Shown here piece after piece: positions 1-8,914 of a stretch of 64,000 nt of DNA. Source of the stretch: an uncultured Gemmatimonadales bacterium (GTDB lineage: Bacteria > Gemmatimonadota > Gemmatimonadetes > Longimicrobiales > Longimicrobiaceae). Every line of letters starts with the position of its first letter. Position 1 is the first letter of the stretch. The notes below the pieces were generated by a model. It was not told the DNA's origin, searched no databases, and saw only the letters and a program-made list of their open reading frames with translations. The stretch spans positions 3,968,001-4,032,000 of the forward strand of contig OY970303.1 of assembly GCA_963716255.1 (NCBI GenBank). Direction: 5' to 3'. The position numbers and the translations under genes are program-made.

Positions 1-160
1 GCTCCGGAGCCCGGCGGTACTGCTGCCGGTCTCCTGCGCGGGTCGCGGAGCCAGCCGAAACTGCCCGGCTGTCTCCGCTCCGGCTCCGGTAGCCTCACGC
101 AAACGGACGCGTGAGTCTCCTTCCGCAGAAGAGCTGATGGGTACTGCGGAACGGCAACGG
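1..160. repeat. Repeat family A, copy 1 (string of GAG-C-stem-loop-stem-T-CTC hairpins); may be cut by the window edge
   Basis: Starts GCTCCGGAGCCCGGCGGTACTGCTGCCGGTCTCCTGCGCGGG, nearly identical to 53881 and similar to 40912; contains three hairpin modules. Confidence 0.8.
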
Positions 161-167
161 CACGTCA

Positions 168-197
168 CCCCCTCTCCCGCTTGCGGGGGAGGGGGCC
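168..197 (+). repeat. REP-like palindrome CCCCTCTCCCGCTTGCGGGGGAGGGGG
   Basis: Same core at 26134-26176 (minus), 47185-47226 and 51296-51340. Confidence 0.8.
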
Positions 198-256
198 GCC
201 CGGACTCGCGCCCATGCCCGACCTACGGAAAGCCCTCTCCCGGAACGGGGATATAG

Positions 257-1642
257 CAGGTTGCTGAAAAGCTTGTGCGCACGCGCGTGCGCGCGAGGGT
301 GTGGCGTCGTAGATTGGGGAAAACCTGTCCTCACACTCTCGGGGAGCAGCCACGATGCGCGGACGAGTCAGCCAGCAGCACGCGATGTGGATGTTCTACG
401 ATCCGGAGAGCCTGCTCTCGCCTACGCATCCGCTGCGGGCGGTCAAGGCGCGAGCCGATGCGGTGCTGGCCGGGATGAGTCCGGAGTTCGACCGCGCCTA
501 CGCGGCTCTGGGACGGGCGAGTATCCCGCCGGAGATGCTGCTGAAGGCGCTGCTGCTTCAGGCGCTGCACTCGATCCGTTCGGAGCGGATGCTGGTGGAG
601 CAGATCGGAGTGAACTTGGCTTACCGGTGGTTCCTGGACCTGGAGCCGCATGCGGGGGTGTGGGATGCGACCACGTTCACGCAGAACCGGGATCGGTTCG
701 AGAAGCACGGGCTGGTGCGCACCTTCTTCGAGCGGATCATCGAGGGGGCGTACCTGGAGGAACTGGCGAGCCAGGAGCACTTCTCGATCGATGGCAGCCT
801 GATCGAGAGCTATGCCTCGATGAAGAGCCTGCGCAAGATCGGCAGCCCGGACGAGAAGGTCAGCGACGGCTCGAAGGACGGCGACACGAGCAATCCCTCG
901 GTGAACTTCCGCAAAGAGAAGCGGACCAACGCGACGCACCGCTCGCTCACGGACCCCGAGGCGCGCCTGGCGACCAAGAGCAAGGGAGTGCCGGCGCGGC
1001 TGTGCCATCTGCTGAACGCGCTGATGGAGAACCGGCACGGGCTGCTCATCGACGTCAGCGTGGTGGAGGCCGACGGGACGGGCGAGCGCGACCAGGCACT
1101 CCTGCTGCTGGAGCGCAGCCGGATTCGGCACGACTTGCCGGTGGAGCGCACGGTGGGGCTGGATGGGGGCTATCCCAGTGGCCCGTTCCTCCAGGCAGCC
1201 TATCAGGACGGTGTGAGCGCGCACGTGCCGATCCCGGAGGGGCCGATCGACCCGGACGCCAAGGGAGCCGAAGCGCGCAGCCGAGCCCGAGAGCGGATGG
1301 GTACGCCGGAGTACGCCCTCTCGCAACGCAAGCGTAAGCGGATCGAGGAGATCTTCGGCTGGGCAAAGGAGATCGGCGGGATGCGTCGGAGCCGCCACGT
1401 GGATCGCTGGAAGCTGACGCAGAAGGCGCTGATCGTGGGCGCCGCGTACAACCTCCTGCGCCTGGCACGCCTCGCGCCGGGTTTGCAGGCCCTCGCCTGA
1501 GGCACAGTGCGTCCGTGCACGCCGAAAATGGCTGCACGGGCGGGAAACCGGGCACCCCATACGCCGGAAAAGCCCCGTTTCGCTGATTCTGGAGTGGAAG
1601 TTTTCCACGTCACACTCCAGGCTGCCGTTTTTCAGCGACCTG
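257..1642 (+). mobile_element. Complete IS5-family insertion sequence (~1.39 kb)
   Basis: Left IR CAGGTTGCTGAAAA (257-270); right IR TTTTCAGCGACCTG (1629-1642; 13/14 match on the reverse strand); ATAG direct repeat at 253-256 and 1643-1646; one transposase ORF inside. Confidence 0.9.
355..1500 (+). CDS. IS5-family DDE transposase, 381 aa
   Basis: HPLR..GRASIPPE..LLLQAL.SIRSER.L..YRWF N-terminus; SIDGS, LDGGY and RKRIEEIFGWAK DDE-type motifs. Confidence 0.92.
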   Translation: MRGRVSQQHAMWMFYDPESLLSPTHPLRAVKARADAVLAGMSPEFDRAYAALGRASIPPEMLLKALLLQALHSIRSERMLVEQIGVNLAYRWFLDLEPHAGVWDATTFTQNRDRFEKHGLVRTFFERIIEGAYLEELASQEHFSIDGSLIESYASMKSLRKIGSPDEKVSDGSKDGDTSNPSVNFRKEKRTNATHRSLTDPEARLATKSKGVPARLCHLLNALMENRHGLLIDVSVVEADGTGERDQALLLLERSRIRHDLPVERTVGLDGGYPSGPFLQAAYQDGVSAHVPIPEGPIDPDAKGAEARSRARERMGTPEYALSQRKRKRIEEIFGWAKEIGGMRRSRHVDRWKLTQKALIVGAAYNLLRLARLAPGLQALA

Positions 1643-1743
1643 ATAGGGGGCAAGCCGTGCGGCTCTCAGGCCGCCGGGTGGGCGCGCTCGCCGCCTCCTC
1701 CGTCTCCCACCCTCGCGACTCCGCAGACATCCCCATCGCAGCC

Positions 1744-3516
1744 GTGACCGCCCGAGTCCCCCCCGCCGAGCCAGTCCTGGCCCGCTTCGATTCGCTGGAC
1801 CCCGCGCGGGGCCCGCGCTCGTTCCGCCTCGCCGGCCACCGCGAGACCCTGGCCGCGGCGACCCTGTCCGATGTGCTCCCGGTCCTGCGCCGCGTGGAGG
1901 ATGCGGTGGGCCGGGGGCTGCACGCCGCCGGGTTCCTCGCCTACGAGGCGGCCCCCGCCTTCGATCCCGCCCTCGTCGTCCACGCCCCCGACCCGCGGCT
2001 CCCGCTCGCCTGGTTCGCCGTGTACGAAACGCGCGAGGAGGTCCCCGCGCTGCACGGCGTCCCCGACGAGCCGTTCGAGCTGGGCGAGTGGACCCCGTCG
2101 CTGTCCGAGGAAGAGTACGCGGCGCGCGTCGGCGCCATCCACGAGCTGATCGCCGCGGGCGACACCTACCAGGTCAACTTCACGCTGCGGCTCGCCGCGT
2201 CGTTCGCGGGGAGCGCGGCCGGGCTGTACGGCGCGCTCTGCCGGGCGCAGCGCGGGGCGTACGGCGCGCTGCTGCGGCTGGGGGAGCTGTCCGTCGCGTC
2301 CGCGTCGCCGGAGCTGTTCTTCCGCTGGGCGGGCGGCGAGCTGGAACTGCGGCCCATGAAGGGGACGCGGCCGCGGGGACGGTGGGAGGAGGAGGACGCC
2401 GCGCTCGCCGCCGAGCTGGTGGCCTCGCCCAAGGAGCGGGCGGAGAACCTGATGATCGTGGACCTGCTGCGGAACGACGCCGGGCGGGTCTCGGAGTGGG
2501 GCTCGGTGAAGGTCCCCCGCCTGTTCGAGACGGAGCGCTACGAGACCGTCCACCAGCTCACCTCCACCATCCGCTCGCGCACGCTCCCCGGCACCGGGCT
2601 CACGGACGTGCTCCGCGCGCTCTTCCCCTGCGGCTCCGTGACCGGCGCGCCCAAGGTGCGCACCATGCAGGTCATCCGCGAGCTGGAGGACGGGCCGCGC
2701 GGCGTGTACACCGGAGCGATCGGCTTCGTCTCCCCCGGCGAGGCGGTGTTCAGCGTGGGCATCCGCACGCTCCTGGTGGACCACGCGCGCGGCACGGCGG
2801 AGCTCGGCGTGGGGAGCGGCATCACCCACGACGCGGACGCCGCCGCGGAGTACCGCGAGTGCCTGGACAAGGCGCGCTTCGCCTCCCGCCCGTCCGACGG
2901 CTTCGAGCTGCTGGAAACGCTGCTGCACGAGCCCGCGGGCGGCTGGTTCCTGCTCGCGGGCCACCTCGCCCGCATGGCGTCCTCCGCGCGCTACTTCGGC
3001 TTCCGCTGGGACGAGGCGCACGTCCGCGCCGCCCTCGCCGCCGCCGTCCCCGCCTCCGCGGGCGGTCCCCTGCGCGTTCGCCTGCTCCTGCCGCGCGGCG
3101 GCGAGCCGCGCGTGGAGGCGGCGCCGCTCGCGCCCGCCCCCCAGGCTCCCGCGCGCGTCGCCTTCTCCGCCCGGCCGGTGGACGGCCGCGACCCGTTCCT
3201 GTTCCACAAGACGACGCGGCGCGAGGTCTACACGACCCGCGCCGCGGAGCGCCCCGACTGCGACGACGTCCTCCTGGCCAACGAGCGCGGCGAGGTCACC
3301 GAGTCCACCATCGCCAACGTCGTCGTGCGCATCGGCGGCGCGCTCTGGACCCCGCCGCGCACCGCCGGGCTTCTCGCCGGCGTCTTCCGCCGGCACCTGC
3401 TGGAGACCGGCGAGCTCCGCGAGCGCACGCTCCGCCCGGAGGACCTCGCCGCCGCGGAGGAGGTCTGGCTGGTCAACTCCGTCCGCCGCTGGCGGCGCGC
3501 CGTGCTGGTCCCCTGA
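1744..3516 (+). CDS. pabB: Aminodeoxychorismate synthase component I fused to a class IV aminotransferase/ADC lyase domain
   Basis: GDTYQVN, SPELF, PMKGT, KERAENLMIVDLLRND, FPCGSVTGAPK; C-terminal HLAR..HKTT..E.TIAN..LAGV; GTG start chosen by eye. Confidence 0.88.
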   Translation: MTARVPPAEPVLARFDSLDPARGPRSFRLAGHRETLAAATLSDVLPVLRRVEDAVGRGLHAAGFLAYEAAPAFDPALVVHAPDPRLPLAWFAVYETREEVPALHGVPDEPFELGEWTPSLSEEEYAARVGAIHELIAAGDTYQVNFTLRLAASFAGSAAGLYGALCRAQRGAYGALLRLGELSVASASPELFFRWAGGELELRPMKGTRPRGRWEEEDAALAAELVASPKERAENLMIVDLLRNDAGRVSEWGSVKVPRLFETERYETVHQLTSTIRSRTLPGTGLTDVLRALFPCGSVTGAPKVRTMQVIRELEDGPRGVYTGAIGFVSPGEAVFSVGIRTLLVDHARGTAELGVGSGITHDADAAAEYRECLDKARFASRPSDGFELLETLLHEPAGGWFLLAGHLARMASSARYFGFRWDEAHVRAALAAAVPASAGGPLRVRLLLPRGGEPRVEAAPLAPAPQAPARVAFSARPVDGRDPFLFHKTTRREVYTTRAAERPDCDDVLLANERGEVTESTIANVVVRIGGALWTPPRTAGLLAGVFRRHLLETGELRERTLRPEDLAAAEEVWLVNSVRRWRRAVLVP

Positions 3517-3723
3517 TCGCGCCCATCCGGACCCCGGCGCAGCCGGGGGCACGCCCGAACCCGCCGCCGTCTGGAGCCGTTCCTCAGCAGCAGCACGGCT
3601 TCCCGTCAGCGCCACGCTCCCCGCCAGGAGCTGCTGCCGCGTCATCGGGTCCGTCCCTTCCGGTTGACGTACGTCCGCCGCCGCAATATATCAGTGGCGG
3701 ATGATGAAACCCGGGGAGGCAAG

Positions 3724-4056
3724 ATGCCGCTGACGGACACGCGACCGGACACCGGGCTCCGTGCGAAGCTGTTCCGGGGTCTCTCCGACCCGTCCCGGCT
3801 CGCCATCGTCGAAGCGCTGCGCGAAGGGCCCCGCAGCGTCGGCGGGATCGTGGACGCCACCGGCCTGGGCCAGTCCAACGTTTCCAACCACCTGGCGTGT
3901 CTGCTCGGCTGCGGCCTGGTCGGCCGGGAGCAGCGCGGCCGCCACGCCTTCTACCGCCTCGCCGACGCGCGGGTGGACGCACTGCTCGCGCTCGCCGACG
4001 CGCTTCTCGCGGAGACCGCCCGCGGCGTGGGCGACTGCCCGCGGTGCGCGCCCTGA
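3724..4056 (+). CDS. ArsR/SmtB-family metalloregulator, CmtR-like
   Basis: F..LSDPSRLAI; SNVSNHLACLLGCGLV; C-terminal CPRC; GGGAGG RBS before the ATG. Confidence 0.88.
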   Translation: MPLTDTRPDTGLRAKLFRGLSDPSRLAIVEALREGPRSVGGIVDATGLGQSNVSNHLACLLGCGLVGREQRGRHAFYRLADARVDALLALADALLAETARGVGDCPRCAP

Positions 4057-4085
4057 CCGCCGCCGATCTCCCGGTCCCGAATCCC

Positions 4086-6290
4086 ATGCGTTTTCCCGGT
4101 CCGCGCCACGCGCCGCTGCTTCTCATCGCGGCGCTCGCCGCCCTCGCGACCCCCGCGCTCGCGCAGGACACCGCGAAGGTCCGCCTGACCGTGGTGGTCC
4201 ACGACGACGGCGCGCCGCTCTCCGGCGCCATCGTGGGCGTGAGCGACACCGCCCTGGTCACGGGGGACGACGGGACCGCCGTCTTCCGGCTGCCGCCGCG
4301 GACCCACCCCATCCGCGTGCAGCGCGAGGGCTTCGGTCCGGTCGAACTCCGCGTTCCGCTGCGCGCCGACACGTCCGTCGCCGTCGAGCTGGAGGCCGTG
4401 CCCGCCGCCGCGCCGGGCGAGGACGAGGAGCACGAGGAGACGGAGCACGCCGAGGAGCTGGAGGGGATCGTCGTCAGCGCCACGCGCAGCGAGCAGCGCA
4501 TCGAGGACGTGCCGGTGCGGGTGGAGGTGCTGGGGCGCGAGGAGGTGGAGGAGAAGATGCTGATGACGCCGGGCGACATCAGCATGATGCTCAACGAGAC
4601 CGGCGGCCTGCGGGTGCAGACCACCTCGCCCTCGCTGGGCGGCGCGGGCGTGCGCGTGCAGGGGCTGCGCGGGCGCTACACGCAGATCCTCGCCGACGGG
4701 CTCCCGCTGTACGGCGGGCAGAGCGGCGCGCTGGGGCTGCTCCAGATCCCGCCCATGGACCTGGGCCAGGTGGAGGTGATCAAGGGCGCCGCCTCCGCGC
4801 TGTACGGCGCCTCGGCGCTGGGCGGCGTGGTCAACCTCGTGTCCCGCCGCCCCGCGGACGACCGAGAGCTGCTGCTGAACGCCAGCACCCTGGGCGGCGC
4901 CGACGCGGTGTTCTGGTCGTCCGGAGCGCTGTCGGAGCGCTGGAGCTACACCCTGCTGGGGAGCGGCCACCGCCAGGCCCGCGCAGACGTGGACGACGAC
5001 CGCTGGGCCGACCTCCCCGCCTACCGCCGCGCCGTGCTGCGCCCGCGGCTCTTCTGGGGCGACGGGGCGGGGCGGTCGCTGCTGCTCACCGTGGGCGCCA
5101 CGGCCGAGCGGCGCGAGGGCGGAGGCCGCGTCCCCGGCGGCGCCGACTTCCCGGAGGCGCTGGAGACCGGGAGGCTGGACGGCGGCGCGGTGGGCCGCTT
5201 CCTGTTGGGCGGCGAGCGGCTGCTCACGGTGCGCGGCTCCGCCATGGCGCAGCGCCACGACCACCGCTTCGGCAGCGTGCGCGAGCGCGATCTGCACGCC
5301 ACCGCCTTCGGCGAGGCGGCGCTGGGCGGCACCGCGGGCGCGCACACCTGGGTGCTGGGTGCCGCGCTCCAGCAGGAGCGCTATGAAGCGCGCGACGTGG
5401 ACGGGTTCGACTACGTGTTCACCGTCCCCGCGCTCTTCGCGCAGGACGACTTCCGCCCGTCCGGCCGGCTCGCACTCACCGCCAGCGCGCGGCTGGACGC
5501 CCACTCGGAGTACGGCGCGTTCCTGAGCCCGCGCCTTTCCGCCCTGCTGCGCCCCGCCGAGGGGTGGAGCGTGCGCGCCTCCGCCGGGACCGGCTTCTTC
5601 GCGCCGACCCCGTTCACCGAGGAGACCGAGACCGTCGGCCTCGCCCGCATCCTGCCCATGTCGGGCGTGGAGGCGGAGCGCGCCGGCACCGCATCGCTGG
5701 ACGTGGCGCGCGCCGCCGGAGCCTGGGAGCTCAACGCCACGCTCTTCGGCTCGGTGGTGCGCGACGCGGTGCGTCTCCTCGGCGACGGCGTCGGTTCCGC
5801 GCTGCGGCTGGAGAACGTGCCGGGCGACACGCGCACCCGGGGGACCGAGCTGCTGGCGCGCTGGCACCGCGGGCCGCTGCATCTCACCGCCAGCCACGCG
5901 TGGATCCGCTCCACCGAGCCGGACCCGGAGCGCGGAGGGCGGCGCCAGGCGCCGCTGGTCCCCCGGCACGCGGCCGGGGTGGTGGGGATGTGGGAGAGCG
6001 AGGGGAGCGGGCGCGTGGGCGTGGAAGTGTACTACACCGGCCGCCAGTCGCTGGAAGACAACCCGTACCGCGCGGCAAGCCGGCCGTACGTCGTGCTGGG
6101 GCTGCTGGTGGAGCGGCGCGTGGGGCGGGCACGCCTCTTCCTCAACGCCGAGAACCTGGGCGACGTGCGGCAGACGCGCTGGGACCCGCTCCTCCTCCCC
6201 TCCCGCAGCGTCGAGGGGCGCTGGACCACGGACGCCTGGGCGCCGCTGGAGGGGAGAACCCTGAACGGAGGGATGCGAATTGAGATCTAG
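4086..6290 (+). CDS. TonB-dependent outer-membrane receptor
   Basis: Signal peptide ending ALAQ; IVVSATR TonB-box-like segment; plug motif VEVIKGAASALYGASALGGVVNLVS; beta-barrel-like C-terminus NAENL..GR. Confidence 0.9.
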   Translation: MRFPGPRHAPLLLIAALAALATPALAQDTAKVRLTVVVHDDGAPLSGAIVGVSDTALVTGDDGTAVFRLPPRTHPIRVQREGFGPVELRVPLRADTSVAVELEAVPAAAPGEDEEHEETEHAEELEGIVVSATRSEQRIEDVPVRVEVLGREEVEEKMLMTPGDISMMLNETGGLRVQTTSPSLGGAGVRVQGLRGRYTQILADGLPLYGGQSGALGLLQIPPMDLGQVEVIKGAASALYGASALGGVVNLVSRRPADDRELLLNASTLGGADAVFWSSGALSERWSYTLLGSGHRQARADVDDDRWADLPAYRRAVLRPRLFWGDGAGRSLLLTVGATAERREGGGRVPGGADFPEALETGRLDGGAVGRFLLGGERLLTVRGSAMAQRHDHRFGSVRERDLHATAFGEAALGGTAGAHTWVLGAALQQERYEARDVDGFDYVFTVPALFAQDDFRPSGRLALTASARLDAHSEYGAFLSPRLSALLRPAEGWSVRASAGTGFFAPTPFTEETETVGLARILPMSGVEAERAGTASLDVARAAGAWELNATLFGSVVRDAVRLLGDGVGSALRLENVPGDTRTRGTELLARWHRGPLHLTASHAWIRSTEPDPERGGRRQAPLVPRHAAGVVGMWESEGSGRVGVEVYYTGRQSLEDNPYRAASRPYVVLGLLVERRVGRARLFLNAENLGDVRQTRWDPLLLPSRSVEGRWTTDAWAPLEGRTLNGGMRIEI

Positions 6291-7344
6291 GACGCGCGCG
6301 GCCCGGGCGGCGGTGCTGGGACTGGTCCTCGCCGCCGCCGCCTGCTCGCCCACGTACGTGATCCGCGCGGGGTACGAGGAAGCAAAGATCCTCAGCCGCC
6401 GCCAGCCCATCCAGAAGCTGGTGGACGACCCGCGCACCCCACCCGAGCGGCGGGCCAAGCTGGCGCTGGTCCTCCAGGCGCGCACCTTCGCCGACCGCGC
6501 CCTCGGCCTGGCGGCGGGGAAGAGCTACACCACCTTCTCGCAGCTGGACTCCGACACCCTGGCGCTGGTGCTTTCCGCCGCCTACCGCGACGAGTTCCGG
6601 CCGCGCACCTGGTGGTTTCCCATCGTGGGGAGCGTGCCGTACAAGGGGTTCTTCAGCGAGTCCGCCGCGCGGCGGGAGATCCGCAGGCTGGAGGAGGCCG
6701 GCTTCGACACCTACCTGCGCCCCACCTCGGCCTTCAGCACCCTCGGGTGGTTCAACGACCCCGTCGTTTCCCCGCTTCTGCGCTACGGCGACGTGGACCT
6801 GGTGAACACCGTGGTCCACGAGATCTTCCACAACACGCTGTACCTGGCCGGCGAGGCGCAGTACAACGAGAGCGTCGCCAACTTCGTGGGGGCGCAGGGG
6901 GCCATCGAGTTCTTCTGCCGGCGCGACGGGGAAGGGTCGCCCGGCTGCCGCGAGGCGCGGGCCGCGTGGGAGGACGACCTGCTCTTCGGGCGCTTCATGG
7001 ACGCGCTGGTGACCGAGCTCGAGGCGCTCTACGCCCGCGCCGACCTATCCCGCGAGCAGAAGCTGGCCGGGCGCGACGAGGTGTTCCGCCGCGCCAAGGA
7101 GCGCTTCGCCGTGGAGGTGCGCCCGCGGCTCAAGGTGCAGACCTTTGCCACCTTCACCGACACCCCGCTCAACAACGCCACCCTGATCGCCCGGCGGCTC
7201 TACTACCACCGCCTCGACCTGTTCGAGGAGGTGTTCCGCTCCCGCGGTGGCGACCTGCGGCGCACCGTGGACGACCTGGTGCACGCGGCCCGCGGGGCCC
7301 AGGACCCCTACGCCGCCACGCAGGCCCTCCTCGCCCCCCGCTGA
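6280..7344 (+). CDS. Putative zinc aminopeptidase lipoprotein
   Basis: Lipobox-like AAAC; W.FPIVGSVPYKGFF, AFSTLGWF.DP, HEIFH, NES.A.F motifs; overlaps the receptor stop; TTG start uncertain. Confidence 0.78.
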   Translation: MRSRTRAARAAVLGLVLAAAACSPTYVIRAGYEEAKILSRRQPIQKLVDDPRTPPERRAKLALVLQARTFADRALGLAAGKSYTTFSQLDSDTLALVLSAAYRDEFRPRTWWFPIVGSVPYKGFFSESAARREIRRLEEAGFDTYLRPTSAFSTLGWFNDPVVSPLLRYGDVDLVNTVVHEIFHNTLYLAGEAQYNESVANFVGAQGAIEFFCRRDGEGSPGCREARAAWEDDLLFGRFMDALVTELEALYARADLSREQKLAGRDEVFRRAKERFAVEVRPRLKVQTFATFTDTPLNNATLIARRLYYHRLDLFEEVFRSRGGDLRRTVDDLVHAARGAQDPYAATQALLAPR

Positions 7345-7366
7345 CCGCCGCGCCGGCAGCGCTCCG

Positions 7367-8581
7367 TCAGGACCCCGCCGGCGCGATCCCCAGGACCCGC
7401 GCCGCGGCCCAGGCGCACGCCAGCAGGACCACGGCCAGCGCGGCGCGGCCCAGCAGCGCGCTCCGCGCCCCCTCGCCCGCTCCCGGCCGGCGGTCCAGGG
7501 CCCATCCCGTCGCGGCGCCCCCCAGCAGCCCGCCCAGGTGCGCCCAGTTGTCCACGAAGGCGAACCCCAGGATCCCCAGCACCGCCGTCGCGCCGATGGC
7601 GTAGCGGATCCGGTGCAGGAAGTCGTCGGGGAACTCCTGCGGCCGCAGCAGCGCCCGCACCCCCAGGTAGCCCACCAGCCCCATGATCCCGCCCGACGCC
7701 CCCACCGACGGGTGCGGCGTGAGAAGGAAGGTGAAGAAGCTCCCCGCCAGGACCGACGCCAGGAACACCTGCGCCATGCGGAAGCGCGACGCGTGCACCT
7801 CCACGAAGCGCCCCAGCACCAGCAGCGCCGCCAGGTTCATCCCCAGGTGGAGGATGCCGCCGTGCAGCATGGGCCCGGTGAGCAGGCGCCACCACTCCCC
7901 CGCCCGCGCGGCCTCCTTGACCAGCCCCGCCGCCTCCACCGCCCGCTCCGGCGCGAACCCCTCCGCCACGAACACCGCCGCGAGCGCGCCCGCAACCACC
8001 CGCGTGTACGGCGCCGGCCGGCCGAACGCCCATCCCGCGTGCCGCTCGTTCTGGCGCTGCCGCGCGAAGTCCGCGCCGTCCACGCGCCGGGCGCGGAACA
8101 GGTCGTACAGCGAGTCCAGCAGCCAGAAGCCCACCAGCACCGCCACCAGCAGCGCGCCGGGGTGCGCCTCCCGGTCCAGCGACGGCCGCAGCAGGAAGAA
8201 CCCGCCCGCCAGCGCGAGCGCCGCCAGCGACGCCATCCCCAGGTGCTGCTGCGCCTCCTCCGCCCGCCGGGAGCGCAACGCCTCCACCAGGAAGGGCACC
8301 GCCTCCGGCCGCACCGCCCCTCCCGACTCCGGCGTCCACACGCCCGGCGTTCCGGGGTACGCGCGCACCCACTCCACCAGCTCCTCGCGCGAGCACGGGT
8401 GCGGCCCGTCCGCCAGCAGGTAGCCGTGGTCGGCGCCATCCGGCGCCGCGTGCCGGAGCGGCGGGTCCGGGCGCCAGGGTGGCACGGGGGCGGGCGGGGG
8501 CGCCTCCGCCCCGGAGCCGGCGCGCGTCGCCGGGGATCGGGTGGGGAGGCCGGGTTCCGCGGAGCTGCCGGGAGGAGTCAC
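7367..8581 (-). CDS. Rhomboid-family intramembrane serine protease with N-terminal extension
   Basis: WWRLLT..LH.G..HL..N, VGASGG catalytic Ser, AHLGGL..G; several TM helices. Confidence 0.88.
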   Translation of the reverse strand: MTPPGSSAEPGLPTRSPATRAGSGAEAPPPAPVPPWRPDPPLRHAAPDGADHGYLLADGPHPCSREELVEWVRAYPGTPGVWTPESGGAVRPEAVPFLVEALRSRRAEEAQQHLGMASLAALALAGGFFLLRPSLDREAHPGALLVAVLVGFWLLDSLYDLFRARRVDGADFARQRQNERHAGWAFGRPAPYTRVVAGALAAVFVAEGFAPERAVEAAGLVKEAARAGEWWRLLTGPMLHGGILHLGMNLAALLVLGRFVEVHASRFRMAQVFLASVLAGSFFTFLLTPHPSVGASGGIMGLVGYLGVRALLRPQEFPDDFLHRIRYAIGATAVLGILGFAFVDNWAHLGGLLGGAATGWALDRRPGAGEGARSALLGRAALAVVLLACAWAAARVLGIAPAGS

Positions 8582-8914
8582 GGGCGTGGAGCGGGGACGG
8601 GGTGCGGGAGGGGCGGCGCCACTCTCCCCTCAACGATACCGCGCGGACGGGGGCGGAGAAAGGCGCCGGCACGGCGCGTGGGCGCCAAGCCATCCGTTTC
8701 GTCCTTCTCCTCCGCCCGGCCCGCGGCAGGCCGCAGGAGGGCCTCCGGCCCGGCGGCGCGGGGAACCGATGGGTGTACAAGAGGTGCTGAACTCCGGCGC
8801 GGGGCCTTGTGAAAGTCGGCCCCGCCCGTAAATTTTCCAGAGAGTATCGGAGCCGCCGGCGGAAGGCTATCCCCTGCGCCGGCGGCTCGTCTTGCAGTCC
8901 TTCCCGGGTACACC

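Noticed and set aside
1..60. Family A start as an HDV-like ribozyme (TCTCCTGCGCGGG resembles the P3/L3 region)
   Set aside because: I could not build the nested double pseudoknot; simple hairpins with compensatory changes explain the sequence.
1744..3516. PabB-PabC fusion as a novelty
   Set aside because: Such fusions are already known in various bacteria.
3517..4085. Cobalamin or other riboswitch before the TonB receptor
   Set aside because: Only 29 nt separate it from the ArsR gene and no B12-box is visible upstream.
8582..8914. T-box riboswitch before leuS
   Set aside because: No T-box consensus or terminator/antiterminator pair visible.
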